A stretch of DNA of 64,000 nucleotides, from positions 19,158,001-19,222,000 of the forward strand of contig CM022673.1 in assembly GCA_012295275.1 (NCBI GenBank), read 5' to 3'. This DNA is from Chrysomallon squamiferum. Taxonomy: Eukaryota > Animalia > Mollusca. A program made the translations under genes and the position numbers. Positions 52,901 to 64,000 of this stretch are shown piece after piece (within the stretch, counting starts at the first letter, position 1; the number at the start of each line of letters is the position of its first letter). The notes under the pieces were generated by a model. That model made no database searches and had not been told where the DNA came from. It saw nothing but the letters and a program-made list of their open reading frames with translations.

Positions 52901-55900
52901 GTAAAAATATAAAACACTTACCAACCATCCAGTACACAACTGAGCTGAATATAAAAGGAAACAAAACAAAACTTGGGAGCTGAAAGAAACATAACAAGAT
53001 GAATTGAAGAACAGATTTCATATGACTGTATTTGTCTCTGAGTGTTTATTTTCATTTTATATGATAATCACTGTTTTTGTAATTGGTTATGTATGTTTGT
53101 ATGGATGTATCTATGTTAGCATATGTATGTTTGTGTGTGTTGGTGTGTATGTGTGTGTGTTATTTATTAATCTGTCACATATCTGTAAATCATAATAATT
53201 TATTACTGACAAACACGTTAAGAAAATCTAAAGACAGTAGTCAAACCTCAGCTAAAATTTTGGCAATATAGTACACATCCACTCTATACAAACCACTTCC
53301 ATATTCTCGTAGAAAAACTGCAATTTCAATTGGAAATGTCTGAAAATAATTAAATGCATTTTAATAACTGTCTAAATTTTAACAATATCAAATAAATATT
53401 TTCATTATGATACCATTCAGAGAAATATCACATTATGATTTTACATATATTTTATATTTACAATTAGTTTGTTAATGAATCAATTAATCTATAAGGTAGT
53501 AATGATCATATATCACATCCTTTTTTAATATTAATTTAATTTTATTTATTTATTTTGGTTTTTATTTGTTTGTTTGTTGTTGTGTTTTTTTTTTTTGTTA
53601 AATTTAAAAACAAAGATATTTCTTGAAACACTGATTAATCAATGCCAACAACATGTTAGTGCATTTAAATTGTATCTGTTAAATGTACCCACATAAATTA
53701 GATCTTTGTGGTGGGAAAATAAATAAAAAAGGAAAGTAAAGGGAACATTCAGTATAAATTACTAGAGATCTTGATCTTTAAATTTTTATTTTAAACTTAC
53801 ATTAAGCACAGGAAAGAGGTTGGTAAATGACTGATTAATAACAAGTAAAAACAGTGCGCCATTCAGGTTTCCGACTCCAACCATGTCATAGTTCTGTTGA
53901 AGATATACAAGACCCAAAACCACAGCAATCAGCTTTAAAATGAAACCATAAACTGTTATAAATTCCAAAAAGACAATGCAGAAAGTACATTATTTTGTTT
54001 TTTGTTTTAACAAACAAACAACCAACCAAACAAGCAAACTCCCCCCCCCAAAAAAGCCATAGAAACTGATTTCATGCTGTGTAGATACTTATAAAACTAT
54101 TTCCACTATCTTTTCTTACAGCAGTTATAATTTAATAAATTCATGCATATATTTTATTTAAAATGGTTTTTTATTAATATTGTGAAACTAAGCAGTACTG
54201 AATGTAAACTCACACATTAAAGAAGAGACCGTATATAATACTGAGCTGAACAGATTTTATACAGTTTTTCTAAATAATTAATAATAGGTTCAAAATTTAT
54301 TTTTCTTTCAGAAAGAGAGTATTAAAAAAAAAAAAAAAATTGTTGCCTGTCATTTATTGCATTAAGACAAAAGTAAGTGTCATACTACTCACAAATGTCT
54401 GGCCTGCTCTGACTTTGAAAAGCAGATCGTCTCTGATGAGAGAAATGCAACTTCTCCAGAAAACTGTCTGAAACTGTTTCAAACATGACGCTTTGTATCT
54501 GAAAAGATAACATAATTTTCTAATGCAGTATTAAATGCATTTCAATTATATATACACATACATACTTGAAAAGTGAAGAGCCACAAATTAATATTTTCAA
54601 TTAAAAGATACCGTTTTATTGTAATAATAACAAACATATTTAATAAATGTGTTTATTTAATTAAAAGGTTGTAAAATACAAATATTAAAGAAAAACTAAA
54701 TCCAAGTTCATGTAACTAGGAATTTCAATTAGAATGCTAAACACTATACATTTACACTTTAAAGTGCAAACACATTAACAGATATTTCGAAATAATGGGG
54801 TTGCTACCATCATATAATAATATACTAATCATAATCACTTCCTACAGAATGACAATCTAGAATGGTGGAATACTGCTGGAAATCAGATGTAAAATTAATT
54901 CTCAATTTTTTCAGATTCATGTCATGCCCTATCTCTGGGTGGAAATAATCAAATCTTACACTTAACAGACTTTTAAATTTGTTTGCTCTTTTGTTTCTAC
55001 TTGTTAGAAATACCCGACAGTTTTCAGAATATTAAAAAAACAAAAAAACAAAATTATGAAAAACAAAAAGAAAGAAAAAAAGAGACCGATTCTTTTAATT
55101 AAAACTGAATGCAGCAAATGGTATATATAAAATAGCTTTGAATCACAATCATACTATTAATAATTTAATAAACATGTTATAAATAAATCAGTCAATCAAA
55201 ATGAAGATAAATCATTAACCCTAAACATAAACGAATTCATTCAATGGATATCGTTTCTATCGGAACAGTAATGTAGTTACGGCCATGGATGGTTTGTGCC
55301 ATACAGAAAAGGAAATTTAGATGCAACTTTCACAACAAATAAATTTCATTTGAAGGTGCATTCTCAATTTAATACCGCACTGGATTTCTGAGTAAGATGG
55401 GGTACATTTAGACGTTAGCTACTTCTGAACTTTGGAATTCTCACAATTAAATCTCACTTAACCGGAGTATCCTCTGGCGGAGAATAGCTCAGACGGACAC
55501 TTGTATCGGTATCGCAGGTTCTCCGCTAGAGATGTCTATTTTTTTGGCTAATCTAGTGATCGTTGCACTGAAAAGCAGTCACGTGGTACGTTACTATTCA
55601 GGCGATTCAAACGTGTCCAAAGTTTACCGATTAGTAATTTATGGTAGGGGACTCGGCTTTCTTCTTGTAGTTCCAGCCAACTCGAAAATGCTGATCTACA
55701 GGAACGTAAAACCAAATTTATTGTTAAATGTCAACCGTATAGTTGGCAAAGATTAGCCCCCCCCCAATGATGTTGACGTCAAAACCGAGGTCAAAAAAGC
55801 TTGTCGTGGCGCGTCGATTTAGTTCGTAACTCGGGACATTATTCGTAAACCGAGACAAAAATTGCCTAAGATCACGGTTCGCTTTATCAAAGTTTATGTT

Positions 55901-58900
55901 CATATTTTTAATTACGTATTTTTAAGAAATTCCCCTAACAAAATAAATTGTTTAGCGAAACATTTTGAGGTTATTCCTGAAAAAAGAGAAAGATTATAGA
56001 GCACCCCTAGCGGCCGTTAGCATTGCTACTAAGACCTGTCTCTGTCAGCGAACCAGCGATATCCATCCCATTGTCCGCCTGAACTATTCTCCACCAGAGA
56101 ATACTCGAGCTGAATCTTACTGTCTGATTGTAATATGTTGCATTGTCTCACCTTGTGACGTCCTTTGAATATACTTGTCATTTTATTTAAAAGCAAGCTG
56201 GTGAGCGCTTCAATGGAGGAATTAACCAAAACAAATCGGACGTGACTTTGGCCATAGGACAAGGTATCAAAAATGAATAGGTTATTAAGTCGTTGTCTGC
56301 TGTCAAGGTGTAACTCTAACAATCTTAGATTGTTATTAGCGACATATTCAACTCACAGTTGTTCTCAAGAACATATTGACAATCTCGTTAAAGGCAAAAA
56401 AATTGTGGTTTTCATGAAGGGAACACCGGAAAATCCAAGATGTGGGTTCAGCAAGGCTGTAGTACAAATACTGAACTTTCATGGCGTACGTGAATTTGAT
56501 GCGTACAATGTTTTAGAAGATGAATCGTTGCGTCAAGGTAAAAACATTTACAGTATTTTGCTATGATTTTTTTTTAATTAATATTATTTTTTCATCTGCT
56601 GCTAGTTCAGATATTAAAAACGCCTTATAAAATCACATTAGACTGATTAGTGCAATTTTTACGGTATTACTATTACTATATAATATATTAGTATTATCTG
56701 CTTGTTATTTATTCGTATTTGTTCACAAAAGAAACAATAATGATGAAATCGAAACAACAACAACAACAAAAATTAATAATAAAAAAAAAAAAAAAAAAAA
56801 AAATAAATAAAAACGAATTGGAGAAATATAAAAGTAATAGTCCACTTTAAACTCAGGATCATATTTTTCATCAGCCTAAAAACAGAGAAAATAACTTCTA
56901 GATGAAAAGGGAGAACTGATTAATTTTTAAAAATCATTCAGTCTATCTGTCTGTCTGTATAAACCTGGATTAGGCCAATGTGTTCAGATGGTGCCTGTCA
57001 TTGTGTTAATATTAGTCTTGCCCAAGTGAAAAAAGATAAACAACGTGAATGATAATTAGTTCTGTATTACAATTATTTTTACCAACATCTAGTTGTGCAT
57101 AAAAAATGTATGGCATTCACAATGGGCATTCAATATAACACTACACTTTAGTTAGCATGTACTAGTAACTAGAAATCATTCAGGATAGGTGCTTAAATTA
57201 GTACTACAATATGTTTATTCATTAACAATCATGGAGGAGGATGGAATGTTTGTGAAAATACACTGTTTTAAACATTTTAAATTGTTTTATTTACTGTATT
57301 ACTTGTAGAAGCTGGTATCACTCTGTGAGTTTGTGCATTGAACTTGTGTGATGTCATGCCTGATATGTACCATTTTGTAAGACTGATGTTTATATTCAAG
57401 ACAGGACAATATGCTATCAATTATTGCAAATATACCGTATATACTTGTGTACAAGGCGACCTTATGTATAAGTCGACGTGTATTTTAAGACCAAAAATTG
57501 CGTCATTTTAGGTATTACTTGTGTATAAGTCGACTGTAGATTCCAGGCACCGTCACTATTTTTAGACCAGTGTAACAGTGCCATGAAGGCCTACATTGTA
57601 CGCCTACTGTAACATAACTTGCACGAGCTGTAACTTGCACGAACATACCATAATAACGTAAATGCATGTATTACACGAGCAATAGACTAAATGTATCATA
57701 AATAGTATCTCTTTAATGTAATAGGTCTAACATGGAGACCTAACTTACCGTTATATTTAGCCGTTCTATGATTTACAAACTTTTATGGCCACAGCCCTAA
57801 AATATTGTATATGATGCCAGGCAAACGAAATAAATATACTGCACAATTTAAGCTTGCAGTAATTGGATTTGCTGAAAATTCTAACAATATTATTTCACCA
57901 AATTCTTTAAAATTACACAAGTGAGTTTTGTTTATGAAATTAGGACTGATATTTAGTGCAATTTGGCAGAGAAGTGTGCATTCCTAGATCATTGCAAGAC
58001 GCCGTAAGGCATAACGCCGTACTGATGGTTTTCTCGCTTTAAAATGTATTTTTATGTCATTAAACGGAAGAATATCATGTTTTACATTCATATTTGGTTT
58101 TGTTATATAATTTTTCCAAATTTTTTATACGATAAAATTATATTTTTGAAAAGCTGAAAGACCGCGATTATTTTAGATGCATCCTGTAGCAAAAAATAGT
58201 CAAAATGGCGACTCTTCAGCAGCAGCTACAAAAACATTACCTATGTATAAGTCGTACCCCCAAAATACTACCTTAATATAGTCTCCCAAAAATTCAACTT
58301 ATACACAAGTATATACGGTATTAAAAAACTGTCCATAATTTTAGTAAGTTTCATGTACATTACATGTGATACGTAGTTACAAATCAGCAGTCAAACATAT
58401 TTTATAACTTTTATCATGTTTGTTAAAAATCATATAAGTTGTAACAGTCTACTGTAAATCTCTGTGTAAAAACTGTATATGACATACCTGGATTGTTTAT
58501 TAATGTTGTTATTTAATCATAATGTTAATTATTAAAACACAAGAAAGTGATAATGATTCAGTGATTTACTTATGTTTTGAAACCTTATGATTGATATATT
58601 ACAGGAATTAAAGAATACAGTAAGTGGCCAACTATTCCTCAAGTATTCATAAATGGAGAGTTTGTTGGAGGGTGTGACATTCTATTGGACATGCATAAAA
58701 ATGGTGATCTCATAGAGGAGCTCCAAGAAATTGGTATCAGGTCAGCGTTACTGGATCATCCTGACAGGAAAGTCTGACATAAAACAGTTTGCTTGATATT
58801 TTATCACTGATAGATAAAAGCTGGTGTCATGTTTTTAACAGTCTGTAATGTTATTTTATTGACCTAAATAATATATGTATCTTTATTCAACAATTAACAG

Positions 58901-61900
58901 TATAGTTACAGCTGCTTTCCCAGAAAAATAACATTGAGCAAGTTGTTAAAAATGCATCTTTGAAGTTTCAATTGATTAATGGATGATTAATTCATCATTA
59001 GTGTTAATAAGGCCACTAAAATAACATCAGAAGTTCCCTTTTAATGTTTGATTTAAATGGCACACAATATGTTGAGACAGTTTGAAATGTAGACAGGAAA
59101 GACACTCAAAATCAGAATTTTAGTTTACACCAGAATTTGATTTATGTTAATTGTTTGTGCTTTACTTTGCTTCTAATAAAGTCATAATTTGTATTGCTGT
59201 TCACATATTTGTATCCTAAACTGAGGCATACATGAGCCAATTTCACAAAACCATGTGTTTAGTGACTTTGATGGTTTATTGGTTTATTGTTGTTTTGCAT
59301 AACTAATTTATACTATATAATTATACTATATAACCTACTAGTTCCCAGTTTTTAGCTAGTAAACTTGTGCAATTAAAAAAATAAAATAAAAATTATCTAA
59401 TATTCAACCATCATGAATATTTGTATGCAAAAACCCCTACATATAGATCATAATTACAGAGTTCTGTTGCTTAGAACTGATTTTTATATGTATTTTTATG
59501 TATCCAAAATTTCTATTTTCATAGCTACAGCTTCCTTCATCAGTATGCAGTGAGGCACATAAATGTTTTTTAATGTGATATTGTGGAACTGCCAATATTT
59601 TTGTTTTATTTCTCACTACTAAATTTTTCATTTTATATTCATAATAATTCAGACAAAAATTGTAAATCTTCAGCGTTTTACTTTTGATCATTGTCACCTT
59701 ATTTAGTAGTCACTGTAACAATAAGCTGACATAGTATTTTTTTCAAGGCAGTGTATTTTATACAATGTAAAAATTATTTTCACTTGTTATGAATATATAC
59801 TTTTGCTTTGAAATTGTTAGTTTTTGATACCAGTTAATATTATTATTATTAGTGAGATGTGAAATAATATTTGTTTTTGTGTTAATAATCTTCAGTCATA
59901 GTTATTAGAATAACTGAATACATTATCTTTAAAATTTGGAAAGTAACTGACAGTAATGCTTACTTTTAATTTACCTGAAATGCATTTTATCCAAATTGTA
60001 TTTAAATAAAATTGTTTAATGGTTCTTTTTTCTATGCATACATACAACCATCAGTAGTGGGTTTTTTTTTAGTAAAAAGGGTAATTACACATTAAGAATA
60101 AGCCAGTCTGTCTATAAGCCTTTAGCAATGTTTAAATCATATATTTTAATGGAAAGGTATTATTAGATAGAGGCAGTGCATCAAAGTTTGATTACATGGA
60201 TGTGCATTAATTCCAAATCAAACTAAATTAGATCTTACCTATTAGCTTTTTCATCAAAAGCATCTTCAAACTGAAAAATACATTTGACAAAGTAATGTTA
60301 ATGAACATTTTTCCACCTTTTTTACAGTATTAAAAATTACAAAATGTACAGTTTTGAAGTTTAAGTTTAAACATTTTTCTCAGGAATATTAATTATTTTC
60401 ACATACTAATTATGTCATAAACAGCAAAAGAAAGGTCTCTGTCATAGTCTTACAAAATATAAATTTAATTATGGAAACCAATCAAAGAATCTCAGTTACA
60501 AACATTATTTTAATTTTTATATTTATAGACACTGTCATTTCAAAAAAACAAAACTGCTGAAATTTTATTATAATACAGTGACAAGATTTTATGTCAGAAT
60601 TAAACCTATCCTATTAAAAATTGATGTGATGTTCAACAGTGGGAAAACAGTAGTAAAATTTGTACATCTTACAAGAGGAGGAATTTGAGAAGACATATTA
60701 AAATTTAGGAAATGTGACTGAGTTTACAAGGAAATCCAGTCCCAGGAAACAATGACCATTTTATGCTGATGATCATTCAGGAGTAAATTGTTATTATTTG
60801 AACTTACTCACCAATATAGAATGCATTGCTGTTTCCCGGTTTTCATTGGTCAGTCTATCAGTTTCAGCAGCTATGTACTTGATATCTGGACTTTCATCAA
60901 ATGTATCACATATTTTCTGAAATTAATAACTTCATTTCTGAATTGAAAAACAATGAACATTCCATTGATGAAGGAACCAAAATATTTTCAGATGAACTTT
61001 TATACACAATAATTCATTAACCTCCTGACTTGTATTGGAACTTAACAATCTGTAATAAATACTCATTGAGAACATTTATATAAAAATAAGTTTCTTAGCT
61101 GTTGTTACTGTTAAAAATGGCATATAGAGTAATATTCCATGTCATGTCACTTAATGAGTTTGACCCCATCATCTTAGAGTTTATATTACTTAAAAAGAAC
61201 TTTTAACATTTGTTCATATAAAAAGTATAAATTTAATTACTTTTTAATTTATGGAAATAATAAAGTCCACTACATCCCTGAGAAAATTCCAGGTATCAGA
61301 TGCTTTAATGAGCCACCAAGAATTTGAAGACATTTGACATCAACTTGAGAAATTGATTTGAGATTTTAACAAGTATTAATGAAACTCTTCAGTTTCAGAG
61401 ATTTGTACTGCTTTTACCAACACATGTCTCTAAATATGAATCTAGATGTTGATCTTCCTGTTATGGTAGGCATCACAGCTTAAGCCGAATATGACAAATA
61501 TCAGAACTTGCTTTTGTCGTTGCTGGACAGACCTATGTTCTAGGGAAGAACATTTTGGATGTGCATGAGACTACCATAGCAGTTTTATGAATCCCCATGG
61601 ATTATTGACCTAAATATGAGGAGAGATACTGGATTGACAAGAAAAACATGCTTTCCATCATTGACACACCATCCGTTCTTGTTTTCATCTGAATGTACAT
61701 TAATGTACTAGAAGTGTCAAAATGGGCACTTTGAAAGTATTTTACTACTAAACTATAATGTACTTTACCCTTGTTCTTATCACATTGTCCTAATATACCC
61801 TTTTTTACTTCACAACCTTTTTTTTCACTAGGTAGTTTTGTTGCTCCATTTGCTTCATAGTTCTATATGTCTTCCAAAATCACCACCCGAGTTAAGGTTA

Positions 61901-63954
61901 TAATGATATACTAAAACTGTGACATCTCTCCCTGATGCTTTATAGTGCATTTTGTATATGTTAACTCATTAGAAGTGTCCAAAACTACTAAATTGAAAAT
62001 GTTACACCTCTCTATTTAGGTGTAGGTAACATCTTGGTGTTTAATTCTGAATTGAGACCACTTCAAGGTTACTAGGTCATACGGTCAAAAGGAAATACTG
62101 TATATACTTGTGTATAAGTCGAATTTTTGGGAGACTATATTAAGGTAATATTTTGGGGGTCGACTTATACATAGGTAATGTTTTTGTAGCTGCTGCTGAA
62201 GAGTCACCATTTTGACTATTTTTTGCTACGGGATGCATCTAAAATAATCGCGGTCTTTCAGCTTTTCAAAAATAAAATTTTATCGTATAAAAAAATTATA
62301 AAATTAAATAACAAAACCAAATATGAATGTAAAACATGATATTCTTCCATTTAATGACATAAAAACACATTTTAAGGTGAGAAAACCTTCAGTACGGCGT
62401 TATGCCTTACGGCGTCTTGCAATGATCTAGGAATGCACACTTCTCTGCCAAATTGCACTAAATATCAGTCCTAATTTCATAAACAAAACTCACTTGTGTA
62501 ATTGTAAAGAATTTGGTGAAATAATATTGCAATCGTCATTAATATCCACTACCGACAAATCGAAAACAAACTAAATTTCTATAAACGTTCTGCAACAAAA
62601 ATCAGTTCAACTTCTCGCCATATTTGTTATTCTAGTTGGTTGCTGAGGTTCCGAAATTATCTTACTTTGAATTGCACGTGCAAGTTATGTTACAGTAGGC
62701 ATACAATGTAGGCCTTCATGGCACTGTCACACTGGTCTAAAAATAGTGACGGTGCCTGGAATCTACAGTCGACTTATACACAAGTAATACCTAAAATGAT
62801 GCAATTTTTGGTCTTAAAATACATGTCAACTTATACATAAGGTCGCCTCTTACACAAGTATATACGGTAATGACTGATTTGGCAATATCCAATAACAACA
62901 GTTTCAGTCATAACTGATTCAGTGTTTACTGAAATAATAGGGCCTAAAAAGTATCAGTTGACCCATTTTTGGCGAATATTTGAAGGCCACTACCTTCAAA
63001 CCTATTTGTCTGATAGAGCAAATTCATATTTTTATACAAACAGAATCTCTCAAGTCACACTTACTGTTTAGGTAGGTAAGATGTAAAACTTAATTTTTAA
63101 AAACAAAAAACAAAACCCAATTATGCAAAACTTGACTGCATGATGATAAAACACATTTTACTAATTATGTGAATATTTAATTTTAAAGTAGCCAATGTTC
63201 TAGTAATAAATAGCTTCATGTTGCTTCCTTTTATTCATCTGAACAATTATTGTGACTGACTGTCATGAATAGTGTCTTGTTTATAAACTAAATAAATGTT
63301 AATAAAAATTAAAAAAAAAAAAATTATATGTACTCTTTTTTAAGAATAAAAATTAACTACATTCAGAATATCCAAAATAATTATCATGTTATTTTGGATA
63401 TTGTAAATAAAAATCAGTATTTCCAGTAATGCAAAAAGGCACCAGTTAAATCAGTATCACTGTCAATGATTAAAGGGTAAAATATTGAAACTCAATTTCT
63501 GCAGTGGGAAATCTAATTAAATGGAAATGTATAATTATAAAATGTTACCTCAACTGTCTCTTTGCAGTGATCTTCTCTACCTGGTACTATGGCTAGTGTC
63601 AGTATATAAAAATCTGCAGGGTTGAAATTCACTGGACAAGGGTAATTTAATCTAAACAGAAAAAGCAAAAAATAACATTTCCGTCACAACTGGATTTATT
63701 TTCCACAAAAAGTTTTAAATATTTCCACAAAAAGGAATTAAGGTAATGTGAGGCCTGAATGTCTATAGTTAAATTACAAAAGTCATAACTCCAGTGTATT
63801 ATAATAAAGATATTAATAACTTCAGTGTATTATAATAAATTCATAGCAGTTAATACAAAAATGTTTTAAAAATATTACATACGCACTAAAAAATAAAAAT
63901 GCATTCTCTGCAGTTCCCATAAATGCTGTACGTCCTTCAGCTAAGAGTAAAATA
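49991..63954 (-). CDS. w: White-type ABCG half-transporter, 3' portion (gene continues past the window end)
   Basis: Exons 63954-63883, 63651-63549, 60916-60812, 60270-60239, 54498-54393, 53932-53801, 53339-53247, 52979-52922, 52656-52579, 52370-52265, 51671-51571, 51254-51178, 50095-49991. Motifs: [101 protein letters not shown]. White versus a close paralog is not formally resolved. Confidence 0.9.
50281..50511 (-). mobile_element. Fragment resembling the C-terminus of an animal MULE transposase
   Basis: [33 protein letters not shown]...[10 protein letters not shown]...[11 protein letters not shown] resembles the recalled motif 'I..L..EQ...Q...G..P...K.Y...RL..L...EYL..IAHN'. No termini found. 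Confidence 0.45.
55459..56112. mobile_element. Inverted-repeat-bounded element (TAG...CTA family) over the putative GLRX5 promoter
   Basis: Arms 55459-55540 and 56033-56112 (GAGTATCCTCTGGCGGAGAATAG... / ...CTATTCTCCACCAGAGAATACTC); flanks ACT and AAT may be an imperfect 3-bp TSD. Confidence 0.6.
55560..56272 (+). promoter_or_regulatory. Putative GLRX5 promoter
   Basis: CpG-rich; E-box CACGTG 55580-55585, CCAAT near 55764, perfect CRE TGACGTCA 55774-55781, TGACGTC near 56156. Confidence 0.5.
56273..58777 (+). CDS. GLRX5: Mitochondrial monothiol glutaredoxin 5, 145 aa
   Basis: Exons 56273-56537 and 58605-58777 (phase 1). R/L/S-rich targeting peptide, [16 protein letters not shown] active site, [29 protein letters not shown]. 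Confidence 0.97.
57435..58318 (+). mobile_element. Non-autonomous pogo-family element, copy 2, retaining the transposase start
   Basis: TIRs CCGTATATACTTGTGTA with TA TSD; from 57811 [26 protein letters not shown], resembling the Brinker-type DNA-binding domain of POGK-like transposases. Confidence 0.9.
61130..61690 (+). mobile_element. Heavily decayed transposase C-terminal relic (possibly Sola2-like)
   Basis: ATTCCATGTCA.GTCAC resembles the Sola2-like terminus; frameshifted peptides [41 protein letters not shown]. Confidence 0.4.
62098..62867 (-). mobile_element. Non-autonomous pogo-family element, copy 3
   Basis: Same TIRs and TA TSD; opposite orientation to copy 2. Confidence 0.9.
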
Positions 63955-64000
63955 CTGCAAACAGAAAAAAAGTAAGATGTCAGTTTTCACATCTAAACAA

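Noticed and set aside
54800-55450. snoRNA host divergent from GLRX5, by analogy with human SNHG10/SCARNA13
   Set aside because: No recognisable H/ACA hairpins or boxes by eye; would need an Rfam covariance search.
56000-56017. CTCF-like motif (reverse complement GGCCGCTAGGGGTGCTC)
   Set aside because: The second half of the core mismatches the consensus; a single weak match is not enough.
1-64000. CRISPR arrays, operons, rRNA or tRNA genes
   Set aside because: Intron-rich eukaryotic DNA with no repeat-spacer array or structural RNA signature seen; most remaining short ORFs reflect low-complexity AT-rich sequence.

Overview
AT-rich animal (metazoan) genomic DNA, probably an invertebrate; the taxon cannot be fixed from the sequence. 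Four spliced protein-coding genes were reconstructed by hand with consistent intron phases. (1) METTL18/Hpm1 histidine methyltransferase (+, 9 exons, about 279 aa), containing a U12-type intron. (2) RBM33 (-, 17 coding exons, about 1201 aa), possibly with a 3' UTR of about 10 kb ending tail-to-tail with METTL18. (3) The 3' part of a white-type ABCG transporter (-, 13 exons, 5' end outside the window). (4) GLRX5 (+, 2 exons, 145 aa), nested antisense in a white intron. Introns and spacers hold decayed or non-autonomous transposons: Sola2-like foldbacks, pogo and Tigger derivatives, hAT, Gmr1-like Gypsy, L1/Tx1 and I-type LINEs, a MULE fragment, and a small TAG...CTA inverted-repeat family. No rRNA, tRNA or CRISPR array was seen, and no clearly new multi-gene system. 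The best leads are the minor intron, the repeat-bracketed GLRX5 promoter, and inverted repeats placed to form long dsRNA around exons of RBM33 and white. All homology calls are from recalled motifs, not database searches.
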